Origin: Bacteriovoracaceae bacterium
GTDB taxonomy: Bacteria; Bdellovibrionota; Bacteriovoracia; Bacteriovoracales; Bacteriovoracaceae
Length of the DNA stretch: 64,000 nt
Direction: 5' to 3'
Assembly: GCA_965140515.1 (NCBI GenBank)
Contig: OZ223251.1
Location: 2,199,977 to 2,263,976 of the forward strand
A program made the position numbers and the translations under genes. Below, one piece after another: positions 8,839 to 18,093 of the stretch. The notes under the pieces are model-generated. The model worked only from the letters and a program-made list of their open reading frames with translations, was not told where the DNA came from and ran no database searches. Positions within the stretch are counted from its first letter, which is position 1, and every line of letters starts with the position of its first letter.

Positions 8839-9167
8839 GCACCTTATTTCCGCAAACTAAATTTATTTTTCACATGGAAATTAGGGTAAGATCTTGGATT
8901 TTAAACAATTGTTTACTTAATTGGTGAACGCAATAATCTTATGTTGTTTTAAATCTGGTGTGGATGGATAATTATTCTCTACCTTTTTTGGATTGAGTTT
9001 ATGAAAAGACGAATTAAAAAGAAAATTTTTAAGAAAAAGTACGATCGCCCTCTTCAAAAATTTGAAACTGACATCCAGACACTAAAAGAGATGGAAAAGA
9101 TCATCGTATTAAATTCAAACCTACAGCATTCTGTAATGACTCACTCTGCATCAGCAGGGAAGTGATT

Positions 9168-9815
9168 CTAGATAAACCCTTTTAAGAAGAAATACTTCTC
9201 TCCAACTCCTAAGGCAAAAAGTAGAAGCCCAAAAATGGAGTGTTCGATTATTACGATGGTGATTGAGCGGTGTCTATCATAAGTAATTGCGAAGTATAGT
9301 CCAGCTACAAATGTAAGAACTAGCGCAACGATATTACTATACGCGAGATGTAACAGTGAAAATAGTAGTGCATTTGTTGTGATTAGAGTTTTTTTAGATA
9401 AGATTGTTTCTAATCTTTTAAAGAAAAATAAACGGAAGATTACCTCCTGCGGAATAACTGATAATAGTGGATAAATTATCAGAGTAATTAGTAATAGGTC
9501 CTTTCTCGATTCAAAATCGAAGATAGCTTCTGGCCCAACAAGATACACTGAGAAGGTGACTACGATTGGAATGATTGCAAGTATTCTTTTGCTTGCTCTT
9601 ATGTACTCTGAAAAATTATCAAGCACTATATTATTCTTTGTACTAGGAAGTTTTCGTATTAAGCAATAGGTAATCACAATTACGAGCATAATCATGGGCG
9701 ATAGAGGAAGTAGCTTTGCAGCAGCAAGAATAGGAAGTAAGAAGTAGATAATTGATATTTCTGCTAAAAGGCCTAGTGGTCTGAGTTGATGGTAAGCACT
9801 CTTCATAATGGACAT
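9168..9815 (-). CDS. CPBP-family (CAAX-like) intramembrane protease-like protein
   Basis: Polytopic membrane protein. QEVIFRLFFF (EExxxR-like), FSLLH (FxxxH) and a C-terminal EHSIFG motif. Confidence 0.6.
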   Translation of the reverse strand: MSIMKSAYHQLRPLGLLAEISIIYFLLPILAAAKLLPLSPMIMLVIVITYCLIRKLPSTKNNIVLDNFSEYIRASKRILAIIPIVVTFSVYLVGPEAIFDFESRKDLLLITLIIYPLLSVIPQEVIFRLFFFKRLETILSKKTLITTNALLFSLLHLAYSNIVALVLTFVAGLYFAITYDRHRSITIVIIEHSIFGLLLFALGVGEKYFFLKGFI

Positions 9816-9955
9816 CCTATCCTAACATGCTAGATTTATTAAATCTTTTCTATTCCATAAAGTTATTACAACCTTTCAAATTAGATATTACCACTCTATT
9901 GAATATCTTGGTATTTTGCTTTTAGTAAAAAATTATTAATTTGCCGGAAATTATT

Positions 9956-10561
9956 GTGAAAAAAATCATTCTACTCTTATCATTCCTTGTTACTCTTTGC
10001 TCTTTTGGGCGGTCTTATGAATTAGATCAAAGCATACATGATAATCAATCACTACCATTTATTTCTCATACTGGAAGTGGGGCATTTGGATCTTATCTGA
10101 CGATGAACATTAACTATCGACCAGTTCGTGATCTCTATATTCAATTATACAAGTCCCTAGATTACAAAATTAAAAATCGTGGAGAGGCGCACATTACTGT
10201 AGTGACACCTGTTGAGTTTAATCAAGTTTTAAGAAAGAAGATTTCAATAGATGAAATTAATATAATAGCAAGTGACTATCATATTCAAGAGTCTCGATTT
10301 GATGTGGTATGCATTGGTGAGGGGAAAGCTAGTATTAAGGGGAGAGTTGAGCGCAACTATTTTGTTGTTGTTGAATCAAGTGATCTGATTGAAATAAGAA
10401 AATCAATTCAAAACTTGTATGTTTCAAGGGGCGGAGATCCCAGTGAGTTCGTAGCAGAGCACTTTTTTCCACATATCACTCTTGGATTTACCAAAAGAGA
10501 TTTGCATGAAAATGATGGGGTTACAAAGGATCGTATGAGTTGTATCTCATATCTTAATTGA
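9956..10561 (+). CDS. Secreted 2H-phosphoesterase-superfamily protein
   Basis: Two HxT/S motifs, EAHITVVTP and FPHITLGFT. GTG 9956 gives the signal peptide (V)KKIILLLSFLVTLCSFG; the ORF track starts at TTG 9941. Confidence 0.55.
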   Translation: MKKIILLLSFLVTLCSFGRSYELDQSIHDNQSLPFISHTGSGAFGSYLTMNINYRPVRDLYIQLYKSLDYKIKNRGEAHITVVTPVEFNQVLRKKISIDEINIIASDYHIQESRFDVVCIGEGKASIKGRVERNYFVVVESSDLIEIRKSIQNLYVSRGGDPSEFVAEHFFPHITLGFTKRDLHENDGVTKDRMSCISYLN

Positions 10562-11458
10562 TCATTCGTTGCTTCTTTGTAGTACCACTAGATAAGCACC
10601 AATTATAATCCCGCAAAAATAAATAAAGCTCTCAAGGTTCTGGCCATTGTTATAAATGAAGTAATCACTTGCTGCAGTTATCATCGGCTGAAAGTAGATA
10701 AAGATGGAAACTTTTGTCGCGCTTAAGATGCTTAATGCCTTGAGGTTCAAAAGATATACGATTGAAGTTGAAACAAGAATTTCAAAGAGCACATTCAACA
10801 ATTCAATTTTTCCTATTATTGCGTAATTGTACATATCTAACATAGAGCTTCCGGCCATAAATGCCATAAGGATTCCTCCTCCAAATAACATCGTTGCGGT
10901 TAAAACTTCATAAGGAAAGTTCTGGGTTAGAAGCTTCTTTCCCAAGACCATTGCGACACAAAAGGCCAGAACATTTAGAAAAATATAGGTGTTGCCAATA
11001 TTATAAAAGTAAATATTTTCAGTGCTACCTTTAAAAATAAAAATACACACAAAGATAAATGAGATTGCTACTCCAATTGATTTTCTTTTAGAAGATTTTT
11101 CAAGACCAAATAAAAATGCAATTACTGAGGTAACTATTGGTATGGTGTTTGTTAGGATTGATGCTGTAAGTGGTGTTGTCAGCGAAAGGCCTTTCATAAA
11201 AAATATCTGATTGATAAAAAAACCGAGAAAGGCCACCGAAGCAAGAACCCACTTGTTTTTTATAAGAATTTCTAGGTTAACTTTTTTGTGAAAAAATAGT
11301 AGAAGAATTCCTCCTCCTAGTAGTCCTCTCCATGAAGATAATGAATATGGAGATACTCCTGCGGAGAGAATTTGCTTTGCAATTAGGTAGTGAAATGAAA
11401 ATATCGAGGTGACAACTAGACAAAGAATTATTGCAAGAGTTTTGCTGCTTATTTTCAT
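10562..11458 (-). CDS. EamA/DMT-family transporter
   Basis: 298 aa with about 10 hydrophobic helices in two repeated halves, typical of the DMT/EamA architecture. Confidence 0.65.
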   Translation of the reverse strand: MKISSKTLAIILCLVVTSIFSFHYLIAKQILSAGVSPYSLSSWRGLLGGGILLLFFHKKVNLEILIKNKWVLASVAFLGFFINQIFFMKGLSLTTPLTASILTNTIPIVTSVIAFLFGLEKSSKRKSIGVAISFIFVCIFIFKGSTENIYFYNIGNTYIFLNVLAFCVAMVLGKKLLTQNFPYEVLTATMLFGGGILMAFMAGSSMLDMYNYAIIGKIELLNVLFEILVSTSIVYLLNLKALSILSATKVSIFIYFQPMITAASDYFIYNNGQNLESFIYFCGIIIGAYLVVLQRSNE

Positions 11459-11498
11459 TTAACCGCCAATAAATAAGTTCAAGAAGCTTATCGGAACT

Positions 11499-12761
11499 CT
11501 AATTATTCTTTTTGAGGGATTTATACAACTTTTCGATTGTGGGGATTAGCTGATCTGCAATCATTTCATGTCCAAGGAATGTGGTATGTCCCCAGCTCCC
11601 TTGGAATCGATCGCTGAAAATCTCTTCGTACTTATGCTTTTTTAAGGCATTTTCAAAATTTTCTTTATTACTAATAAATTGTATTTCTTCAGGAGAGAAT
11701 TCAACCCCAGTAAAGCGATCCATAAGTTGATCTACGGGGAGAGTTGGATACTGCATCGCTATATAGGCCATCTTACGGGACTTTAATTTTTCGAAGAGCT
11801 TTTCATAGCTTTCATCAATTGCCGTTTTTTTCCAAGGCCCAACTTGAATTCCCTTTGCTTCATAGAGGTTGCGCATTTTTATTTTTAGTTCGGGTTTGTC
11901 TAGGCATGGTTCCATTGAAGAGAGAATATTAGAGTCTAGATTTGTTCCAAATTGTTGAATGATATTTAAATTCTTATAGCACCAATAGCGCTCATCAATC
12001 CTTCTCTTTGTTCCAAATGCGTAGTACCAGAAAATATTACGAGCATTTTGTGGGCAGCGCTTTAAGGCACCCTCTATAAGTGTCATGGTGTCTGGCATTT
12101 GATTGTGACCAGCATGGGGCTCTGTTTTCCTAGTAATGTATCTCATTATCTCAGCTGCATCACACTTGGATAATTTTTGATCTACTTTATCAATCAGCTT
12201 ATTTACACCAATTGTTTTATAATCCTTAAGATATTTGTCTTTGAGTTCATCGCTTAAAATAGACTGATAGGTTAGCGACTTATATCTAAGTGACATCACT
12301 CTTCCATAAGTCCAACGGAGCAGTTTTAATATTCTTATTTGATTGATAAAATCGAAAAAAGGATTTTGATTCCCTATATATGAAATATGGCCGGAATCAT
12401 TTATTCCCATCATTGAGATAACAACATGAGGTTGATATTTATCTAGCCATTCATCCAGATTTGAAAGAATAATTTGGGTTTTGTATCCTGCATGTCCTTC
12501 ATTGAAAACTTGAACATCATATCCTTTGGAACGTAGCTTTGTTTCAAGTTGTCTTGGCCATGGCCCTGGGGGCCTTCCTTCCCAAAAGTCATCAGTGGTA
12601 GATTCTCCGATGGTAAGTATTCGTACACTTGTTTGATTTAATCGTTGATTATGAAATGAGTGAGTGCTTTGAAGTATGAAACCGATAAGGCGCATCCCAA
12701 CTTCTATAGTGAAGATTGCAGCGATAATGAGAATGAGAGTTTTGTATTTCTTTTTTGTCAT
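11499..12761 (-). CDS. SGNH/GDSL-like hydrolase with an N-terminal membrane anchor
   Basis: Block I-like ILTIGESTTDD, block III-like MMGINDSG, and C-terminal WGHTTFLGHEMIA. There is a large insert between the blocks. Confidence 0.45.
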   Translation of the reverse strand: MTKKKYKTLILIIAAIFTIEVGMRLIGFILQSTHSFHNQRLNQTSVRILTIGESTTDDFWEGRPPGPWPRQLETKLRSKGYDVQVFNEGHAGYKTQIILSNLDEWLDKYQPHVVISMMGINDSGHISYIGNQNPFFDFINQIRILKLLRWTYGRVMSLRYKSLTYQSILSDELKDKYLKDYKTIGVNKLIDKVDQKLSKCDAAEIMRYITRKTEPHAGHNQMPDTMTLIEGALKRCPQNARNIFWYYAFGTKRRIDERYWCYKNLNIIQQFGTNLDSNILSSMEPCLDKPELKIKMRNLYEAKGIQVGPWKKTAIDESYEKLFEKLKSRKMAYIAMQYPTLPVDQLMDRFTGVEFSPEEIQFISNKENFENALKKHKYEEIFSDRFQGSWGHTTFLGHEMIADQLIPTIEKLYKSLKKNN

Positions 12762-12857
12762 ACTGTCTTATGTCGATTTTATAGACCATGGCATTGATTT
12801 GCAATTTAGCTATTTAATTTCTTTCACTGATCAAGTAACATTTACGTGGAGTTTTAT

Positions 12858-13052
12858 ATGATTTCACGCGCTATCGCCTTTATCTTGTGTTTTATTGGAG
12901 TTCTTCTTCCATGGAGAGCTCGAATTATCTTTAGCGACCTTTTAGGCTGGGGTGTTCAATTTGTTTATTTCTCTTACTACGGCACTCTAAACTTTCTTCT
13001 AAGAGAGTTGAAGACAAATGGTGGTGAGAAGCCGGAGGTAAGTGATGAGTGA
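12858..13052 (+). CDS. Small membrane protein (64 aa)
   Basis: ATG 12858 follows GTGGAG. One or two hydrophobic helices. Its stop overlaps the start of the next gene. Confidence 0.4.
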   Translation: MISRAIAFILCFIGVLLPWRARIIFSDLLGWGVQFVYFSYYGTLNFLLRELKTNGGEKPEVSDE

Positions 13053-13914
13053 TCGCTCTATCGTCGTACTTTATTCTGGGGGAACCGATTCTACTTTAGC
13101 TGCAGCTTTAGCCGCTGAAGAGTTTGATCGTATTCATTTGGTAAGTTACAAGCGTTTTGGAGTCTCGTCTATCGAAAATAGTCGAATCAATGCAAAGATG
13201 CTTGTTGATCGCTATGGTGAAGAAAAAGTCTCCCATTCTATTATTCGTATTGATCGCCTTTTTAAATTTATTTCATATGAGCGGTACTTTTATAATCTCT
13301 TTAAGTTTGGATTCCAAAATCTTTCTACTTGTGGCTTTTGTAAGCTTGCGATGCATATGCGTACGATCAAGTATTGTCTTGATCACAACATTAAGTACGT
13401 TTCTGATGGGGCAAATGAGGGGATGTCAATCTTTCCTGCACAGATGAGGCCTGTTCTTGATGACATTAGGGCAATGTATCGCCATTTCGGTATATCCTTT
13501 TTTAATCCTATATTTGATTATGATGCTCCGGAGGAGCAGACCCTTGTCAATCCTTCAGCTGTTGGCTCAATTTCTCCTGATATACTTCCTCGTATTGTGC
13601 CTGTTTTTGATCATAGAGATGAGTTTTTAAAGCGACCGAAAAAAGGTGAAACTGCTGGTGATGTTTTATTTCGAATGGGACTTGCTCCGGCCGAAAATAT
13701 TAAGGGCTCTTCGTATGATAAAAAGAGACAGGCCCGTTGCTTTCAATTAATCCTCTTTAATGTGTTTGCTATCAAGTACTTTCTCGCAGCTAATTCCTAT
13801 GAGAAATACACAGATGAGACTGTGACCTTTTTTAAAGAAAAGATCGGTACTTGTATCAATGTACTGTCAAATAATGGAGATAAGAGGTTCTCTCGTCTCT
13901 TTTCTGAGCGATAA
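13045..13914 (+). CDS. PP-loop ATP-pyrophosphatase (adenine-nucleotide alpha-hydrolase) superfamily protein
   Basis: N-terminal VVLYSGGTDST (SGGxDS PP-loop) and a CGFC (CxxC) motif. GGAGG lies upstream of ATG 13045. Confidence 0.65.
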   Translation: MSDRSIVVLYSGGTDSTLAAALAAEEFDRIHLVSYKRFGVSSIENSRINAKMLVDRYGEEKVSHSIIRIDRLFKFISYERYFYNLFKFGFQNLSTCGFCKLAMHMRTIKYCLDHNIKYVSDGANEGMSIFPAQMRPVLDDIRAMYRHFGISFFNPIFDYDAPEEQTLVNPSAVGSISPDILPRIVPVFDHRDEFLKRPKKGETAGDVLFRMGLAPAENIKGSSYDKKRQARCFQLILFNVFAIKYFLAANSYEKYTDETVTFFKEKIGTCINVLSNNGDKRFSRLFSER

Positions 13915-14020
13915 GCTACTGATTTTATGTATATTATTGACCTAATGTAAGAACTTGTATGTTGCCATATAGTTCTTAACTATCAGAAAATACATGAAAT
14001 TAATTTCATAAGGATGTGTA

Positions 14021-14899
14021 ATGAAGCGAATTGTAGTTTGTTTGTTCCTACTTAGCTTTAACACCATGGCCATCGACAAGGCCATCTATGGTGTGGATAA
14101 TCGAATGGATCTTTTCGAATCCTATAATCAAGATTGGGTTGAATTAGCGCGTTCAACAGCTGCGATGATTCCTAATCATAAAATATCATTGGGTAACGAT
14201 CCTGATAAAGATTATTATACCTTGAAAGATTACACATTAGAAAAGGCGCGTCGCTTGTGCCCTGGTGAGCGATTTGCAAAACAAATAACTCCTGCTGATT
14301 GTACGGGCTTTCTGGTTACTCCTAATATGATCGTTACAGCTGGTCATTGCGTTAAAACTTCGAGGGATTGTAGCGGATATCGTTGGGCCTTTGGTTTTTC
14401 TGTTGATCGTGAGGGGGATACTGCAAAAACCGTTTTAAAAGAAGATGTGTACCGTTGTGTTTCGATTGTATCGCGAAGAATGGGGGAGGATGCAACAGAC
14501 TACGCTCTGATAAAGTTGGATCGTGAAGTTTCTAATAGAGAACCTCTAAAAGTTCGCACCTCTTGGCGTGTTAGTAATGGAGATCCTTTGGTTCTAATTG
14601 GTTATCCTTCAGGACTACCTGCCAAAATTGCTCCTGGCGCTGAGGTTCTAAGCTCCAACAATCAAGTTTATTTCATGGCAAGTACTGATTCTTTTGGGGG
14701 GAATTCTGGATCTCCTGTATTTAACGCTAATACAGGTGTTGTAGAGGGGATTCTTACGAGAGGTGAAGCAGATTACGTTAAGGATAAAATTAAAAAATGT
14801 TATAGGCTTAACTACTGCGATGACGAAAGTTGTCGCGGAGAGCTTGTTAACCGTATCACAAATGTTAGAAGGTTAATGGAAATTCTAAAAAACCAGTAG
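14021..14899 (+). CDS. Secreted trypsin/V8-like (S1 family) serine endopeptidase
   Basis: Signal peptide. Catalytic triad contexts VTAGHC, DYALIKLD and GGNSGSPVF. Confidence 0.8.
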   Translation: MKRIVVCLFLLSFNTMAIDKAIYGVDNRMDLFESYNQDWVELARSTAAMIPNHKISLGNDPDKDYYTLKDYTLEKARRLCPGERFAKQITPADCTGFLVTPNMIVTAGHCVKTSRDCSGYRWAFGFSVDREGDTAKTVLKEDVYRCVSIVSRRMGEDATDYALIKLDREVSNREPLKVRTSWRVSNGDPLVLIGYPSGLPAKIAPGAEVLSSNNQVYFMASTDSFGGNSGSPVFNANTGVVEGILTRGEADYVKDKIKKCYRLNYCDDESCRGELVNRITNVRRLMEILKNQ

Positions 14900-14906
14900 G
14901 TGGAAT

Positions 14907-15758
14907 GTGAGAACTCTCTTTCTTGTTGTTTCTCTTTTTTGCTCTAGTACCTTTGCATCGCTACTCCCTGAGAATAATTTTAATATTCCTGTTGGAGAAA
15001 AATCTCGCGGAGTTGGCAAAGCTTTTTATGATTTTGTTATTGATCGTCTCGATGAGATGTACCGTCCCGTGATGGATGAGCTTGGAGTTGACTTCGAGGT
15101 CGAGCGATTGTGGGAAGATGGACAAGTCAATGCCGCAGTGATGAAGACACCAAGTGTTTATAAATTGCGAGTCTACGGAGGACTGGCGAGATTTTCACCT
15201 ATGGAAAAAGACCCATTTGTCTTGGTCCTTTGTCATGAAATAGGGCATTTATTTGGAGGGGCTCCCACTTGGAAACCTCATAACTTTGTTAGTTCAGAGG
15301 GGCAGGCAGATTATTATTCAACTTTGAAATGCTTCAGAAAGTTTGTTGCCGATGATGATAACGACGGTATCATTGGAGATCGTCCAATCCACCCCTTGGC
15401 GCTAGATCGTTGTGGGCAATCTTTTGGAGATAACTCTAAAGATTACTCAATTTGCTTGAGGTCCAGTCTCGCAATAGAAGACTTGGCCAACGTTCTTGTC
15501 TCTTTGAGAGAGGGAGAACCATTACCCAAGCTAGATACTCCAGATCCATATGTTCGTCGTGTGATTCTTTTTAATGGTTATCCAAATATTCAATGTAGAA
15601 TCGATACCCTTTTTGCCGGAAGTATTTGTGCGGTAACTAGTGAAACAGATGTATTCTCTAATGATAAGTACAACGAAAATGTTTGCTCTGTTTTCAATGG
15701 CGATCTATTAGGTAAGAGGCCAAAGTGCTGGTATGCTCCCCGCGAGGATAATAATTAG
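14907..15758 (+). CDS. Secreted zinc metalloprotease-like protein
   Basis: Signal peptide (GTG start) and LCHEIGHLFGG (HExxH). Multiple Cys residues. Confidence 0.55.
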   Translation: MRTLFLVVSLFCSSTFASLLPENNFNIPVGEKSRGVGKAFYDFVIDRLDEMYRPVMDELGVDFEVERLWEDGQVNAAVMKTPSVYKLRVYGGLARFSPMEKDPFVLVLCHEIGHLFGGAPTWKPHNFVSSEGQADYYSTLKCFRKFVADDDNDGIIGDRPIHPLALDRCGQSFGDNSKDYSICLRSSLAIEDLANVLVSLREGEPLPKLDTPDPYVRRVILFNGYPNIQCRIDTLFAGSICAVTSETDVFSNDKYNENVCSVFNGDLLGKRPKCWYAPREDNN

Positions 15759-15761
15759 TAA

Positions 15762-16619
15762 ATGAAAATTTTAGTTACCGGTGGTACCGGCTTTATTGGT
15801 AAGGCCCTCTGTCGCGCTTTGGTTGACCAAGGCCATGAAATATTAGTCATTTCTAGAAAAAAAAGAATAAACATTGATGGTATTTCTTTTTTACTGCCAA
15901 GTGATGAAATCCCTCATATTGATGGCGTTATTAATATGGCAGGTGAGAATATCGCTGGTGGACTTTGGTCTAGGCGACGAAAGGAGATGATCTATCACTC
16001 AAGAGTTTCATTTACTGAAGATCTTGTTGAAACTTTAAACGATAGAAAGCTTTCTTTTTTTATCCAATTTTCTGCGACAGGGTTTTATAGTGATTCAGAT
16101 CGAGTCCAAAATGAAACCGGTGATAAGGGGGGGGGATTTCTTTCTAATGTTTGTCAGGCATGGGAAGTATCTTCTCAACCAATAATATCGGATCGGAGGG
16201 TCGTACTAAGGGTCGGTACGGTTCTTGGTAGGAATGGGGGATACCTCGCAAAGATCCTGCCAATGTTTAAGTTTTTTATGGGGGGATTTTGGGGAAGAGC
16301 GAATAGCTATTTTTCGTGGATACATCTCAAGGATCTTATTCAAATAATTTGTCATGCAGTATCTTCTGATATGAATGGCATCTATAATGCCGTTGCACCA
16401 AACCCTGTTACAAAAAAAGAGTTCTCAGATCGACTTGCTCATTCAATACATCGTTTTGCTGTGATCAATTTGCCAAGCTTTCTTCTAATTATGATATTTG
16501 GAGAGCTTGCAACTCTCTTTTTGAAAAGTGAACGTGTTGTTCCTTCGCGCTTAATTGATGAGAAGGATTATGATTTTCTATTTCCCACAATTGATTCGGT
16601 CTTTTCAGATTTACTATAG
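15762..16619 (+). CDS. YfcH-like NAD-dependent epimerase/dehydratase family protein (TIGR01777-like)
   Basis: MKILVTGGTGFIGKAL Rossmann N-terminus, ~285 aa, and the C-terminal region typical of the YfcH/DUF1731 type. Contains a G9 tract at 16127-16135. Confidence 0.7.
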   Translation: MKILVTGGTGFIGKALCRALVDQGHEILVISRKKRINIDGISFLLPSDEIPHIDGVINMAGENIAGGLWSRRRKEMIYHSRVSFTEDLVETLNDRKLSFFIQFSATGFYSDSDRVQNETGDKGGGFLSNVCQAWEVSSQPIISDRRVVLRVGTVLGRNGGYLAKILPMFKFFMGGFWGRANSYFSWIHLKDLIQIICHAVSSDMNGIYNAVAPNPVTKKEFSDRLAHSIHRFAVINLPSFLLIMIFGELATLFLKSERVVPSRLIDEKDYDFLFPTIDSVFSDLL

Positions 16620-17993
16620 TCTTAAGAACTTTTTTAAAGCAAATGTCATGCGCTCATTGTAAGGGGCAAAACGGAAATCGAAAAATGTTCGGACACCTCT
16701 TCGCATAACACTTTTGTAATGGGTGAACGTATCGAAACCGGCCTTCCCATGATACATTCCTATTCCTGAGAGCTTCACACCGCCGAATGGCAGAGTGTGT
16801 TCTGATACCTGCAATAATGTATCGTTAATGCAAGCTCCCCCAAATTGAATGGTGTCTATCATTTTATGAGAGAATGATTTTGATCTTGTAAAAATATACA
16901 GAGCAAGCGGTGTGGGAGATTTACTAATTATTTCTTTAATTTCATTTTCGTTTTTATACTTTAAAATTGGAAGAATGGGACCAAAAATTTCTTCATGCAT
17001 TATTAACGAGTCTTCTTTCGGTGAAGCAATAAGCGTTGGACCAATAAGTAATTCATCTCTTGACGATTCTCCTCCATAGATGATTTCTTCACCTTCTAGA
17101 AGTGATTTTAGTTTGTCGAAATGTTCTTCATCGACGATTCTACAGAAGTCATTTGATGCGATTGGATTCGTGGTATAGAACGTTTTGATAAACTTTACCA
17201 TTGCATCAATCAGCTCATTATATACAGATTCATGAACTAGGATGTAGTCTGGAGCAATACAGGTTTGTCCTGCGTTTATAAATTTCCCCCAAACTATTCT
17301 TTGGGCCGCTATGTGGACTGGAGCATCGTTATTAACAATTGTTGGAGATTTTCCTCCTAACTCGAGAGTTATTGGAGTTAAATGATCTGCAGCAATTCTC
17401 ATGATTCGTTTCCCAACGGCCTTGCTGCCGGTGAAAAAAATATGATCAAAATCTTCTTTTAGTAAGAGTTCTTTTCTTTCTGCTGTCCCCTCAAGTACAT
17501 ACAAGTGATCTTTTGGAAAGTTCGAGTTAACAAGTCTTTTCAGCAGTTTTGACATGTTTTGTGATTTTGATGATGGCGCTATTATCACAGTGTTTCCTGC
17601 GGCTAGCGCAGAAATTGCAGGACGAAGTGTTAGTGCAAGTGGATAGTTCCATGCTCCGATAACTAATACCATTCCCTTGGCCGAGGGATGGATATGACCT
17701 TTGGATGGGAAGTTTATTAGCGATGTCCTAACTTTTTTTATTGCGGCCCACTTGCTCAAATTTCGTACAGTATAATCAATTTCTGATATCAGAGTTGAGA
17801 GCTCGGCAGCGAGTGTTTCAATAAGCGGTCTTCTTAGATCTTGATAGATTGCACTTCCAATTTCTTCGTGATGGTTTTTTATGAGTTTTTTTAGCTTTAA
17901 TAGTACTTCAATCCTCTTTGACACTGGGATTGGGTTTGCTGTGCTAAAGAATGATTTTTGTGCTTTAACCACTTCTTTGATTTCTATCATCAC
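16614..17993 (-). CDS. Aldehyde dehydrogenase (class-3-like, ~460 aa)
   Basis: Motifs FTGS, LELGGKSP, and the catalytic Cys context NAGQTCIAPDY. Confidence 0.85.
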   Translation of the reverse strand: MMIEIKEVVKAQKSFFSTANPIPVSKRIEVLLKLKKLIKNHHEEIGSAIYQDLRRPLIETLAAELSTLISEIDYTVRNLSKWAAIKKVRTSLINFPSKGHIHPSAKGMVLVIGAWNYPLALTLRPAISALAAGNTVIIAPSSKSQNMSKLLKRLVNSNFPKDHLYVLEGTAERKELLLKEDFDHIFFTGSKAVGKRIMRIAADHLTPITLELGGKSPTIVNNDAPVHIAAQRIVWGKFINAGQTCIAPDYILVHESVYNELIDAMVKFIKTFYTTNPIASNDFCRIVDEEHFDKLKSLLEGEEIIYGGESSRDELLIGPTLIASPKEDSLIMHEEIFGPILPILKYKNENEIKEIISKSPTPLALYIFTRSKSFSHKMIDTIQFGGACINDTLLQVSEHTLPFGGVKLSGIGMYHGKAGFDTFTHYKSVMRRGVRTFFDFRFAPYNERMTFALKKFLRL

Positions 17994-18063
17994 GACTCCT
18001 TTACTCGAGAATTATCGGAGTTGGAAGAAGTGAAGATGAATTAAGTTTTATTAAGTAATTGGC

Positions 18064-18089
18064 AAAAAAAGGCCGGTATAAACCCGGCC
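18064..18089 (-). terminator. Rho-independent terminator of the PAP2 gene
   Basis: GGCCGG-7 nt-CCGGCC with a T7 run on the minus strand (A7 at 18064-18070). Confidence 0.55.
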
Positions 18090-18093
18090 AATA

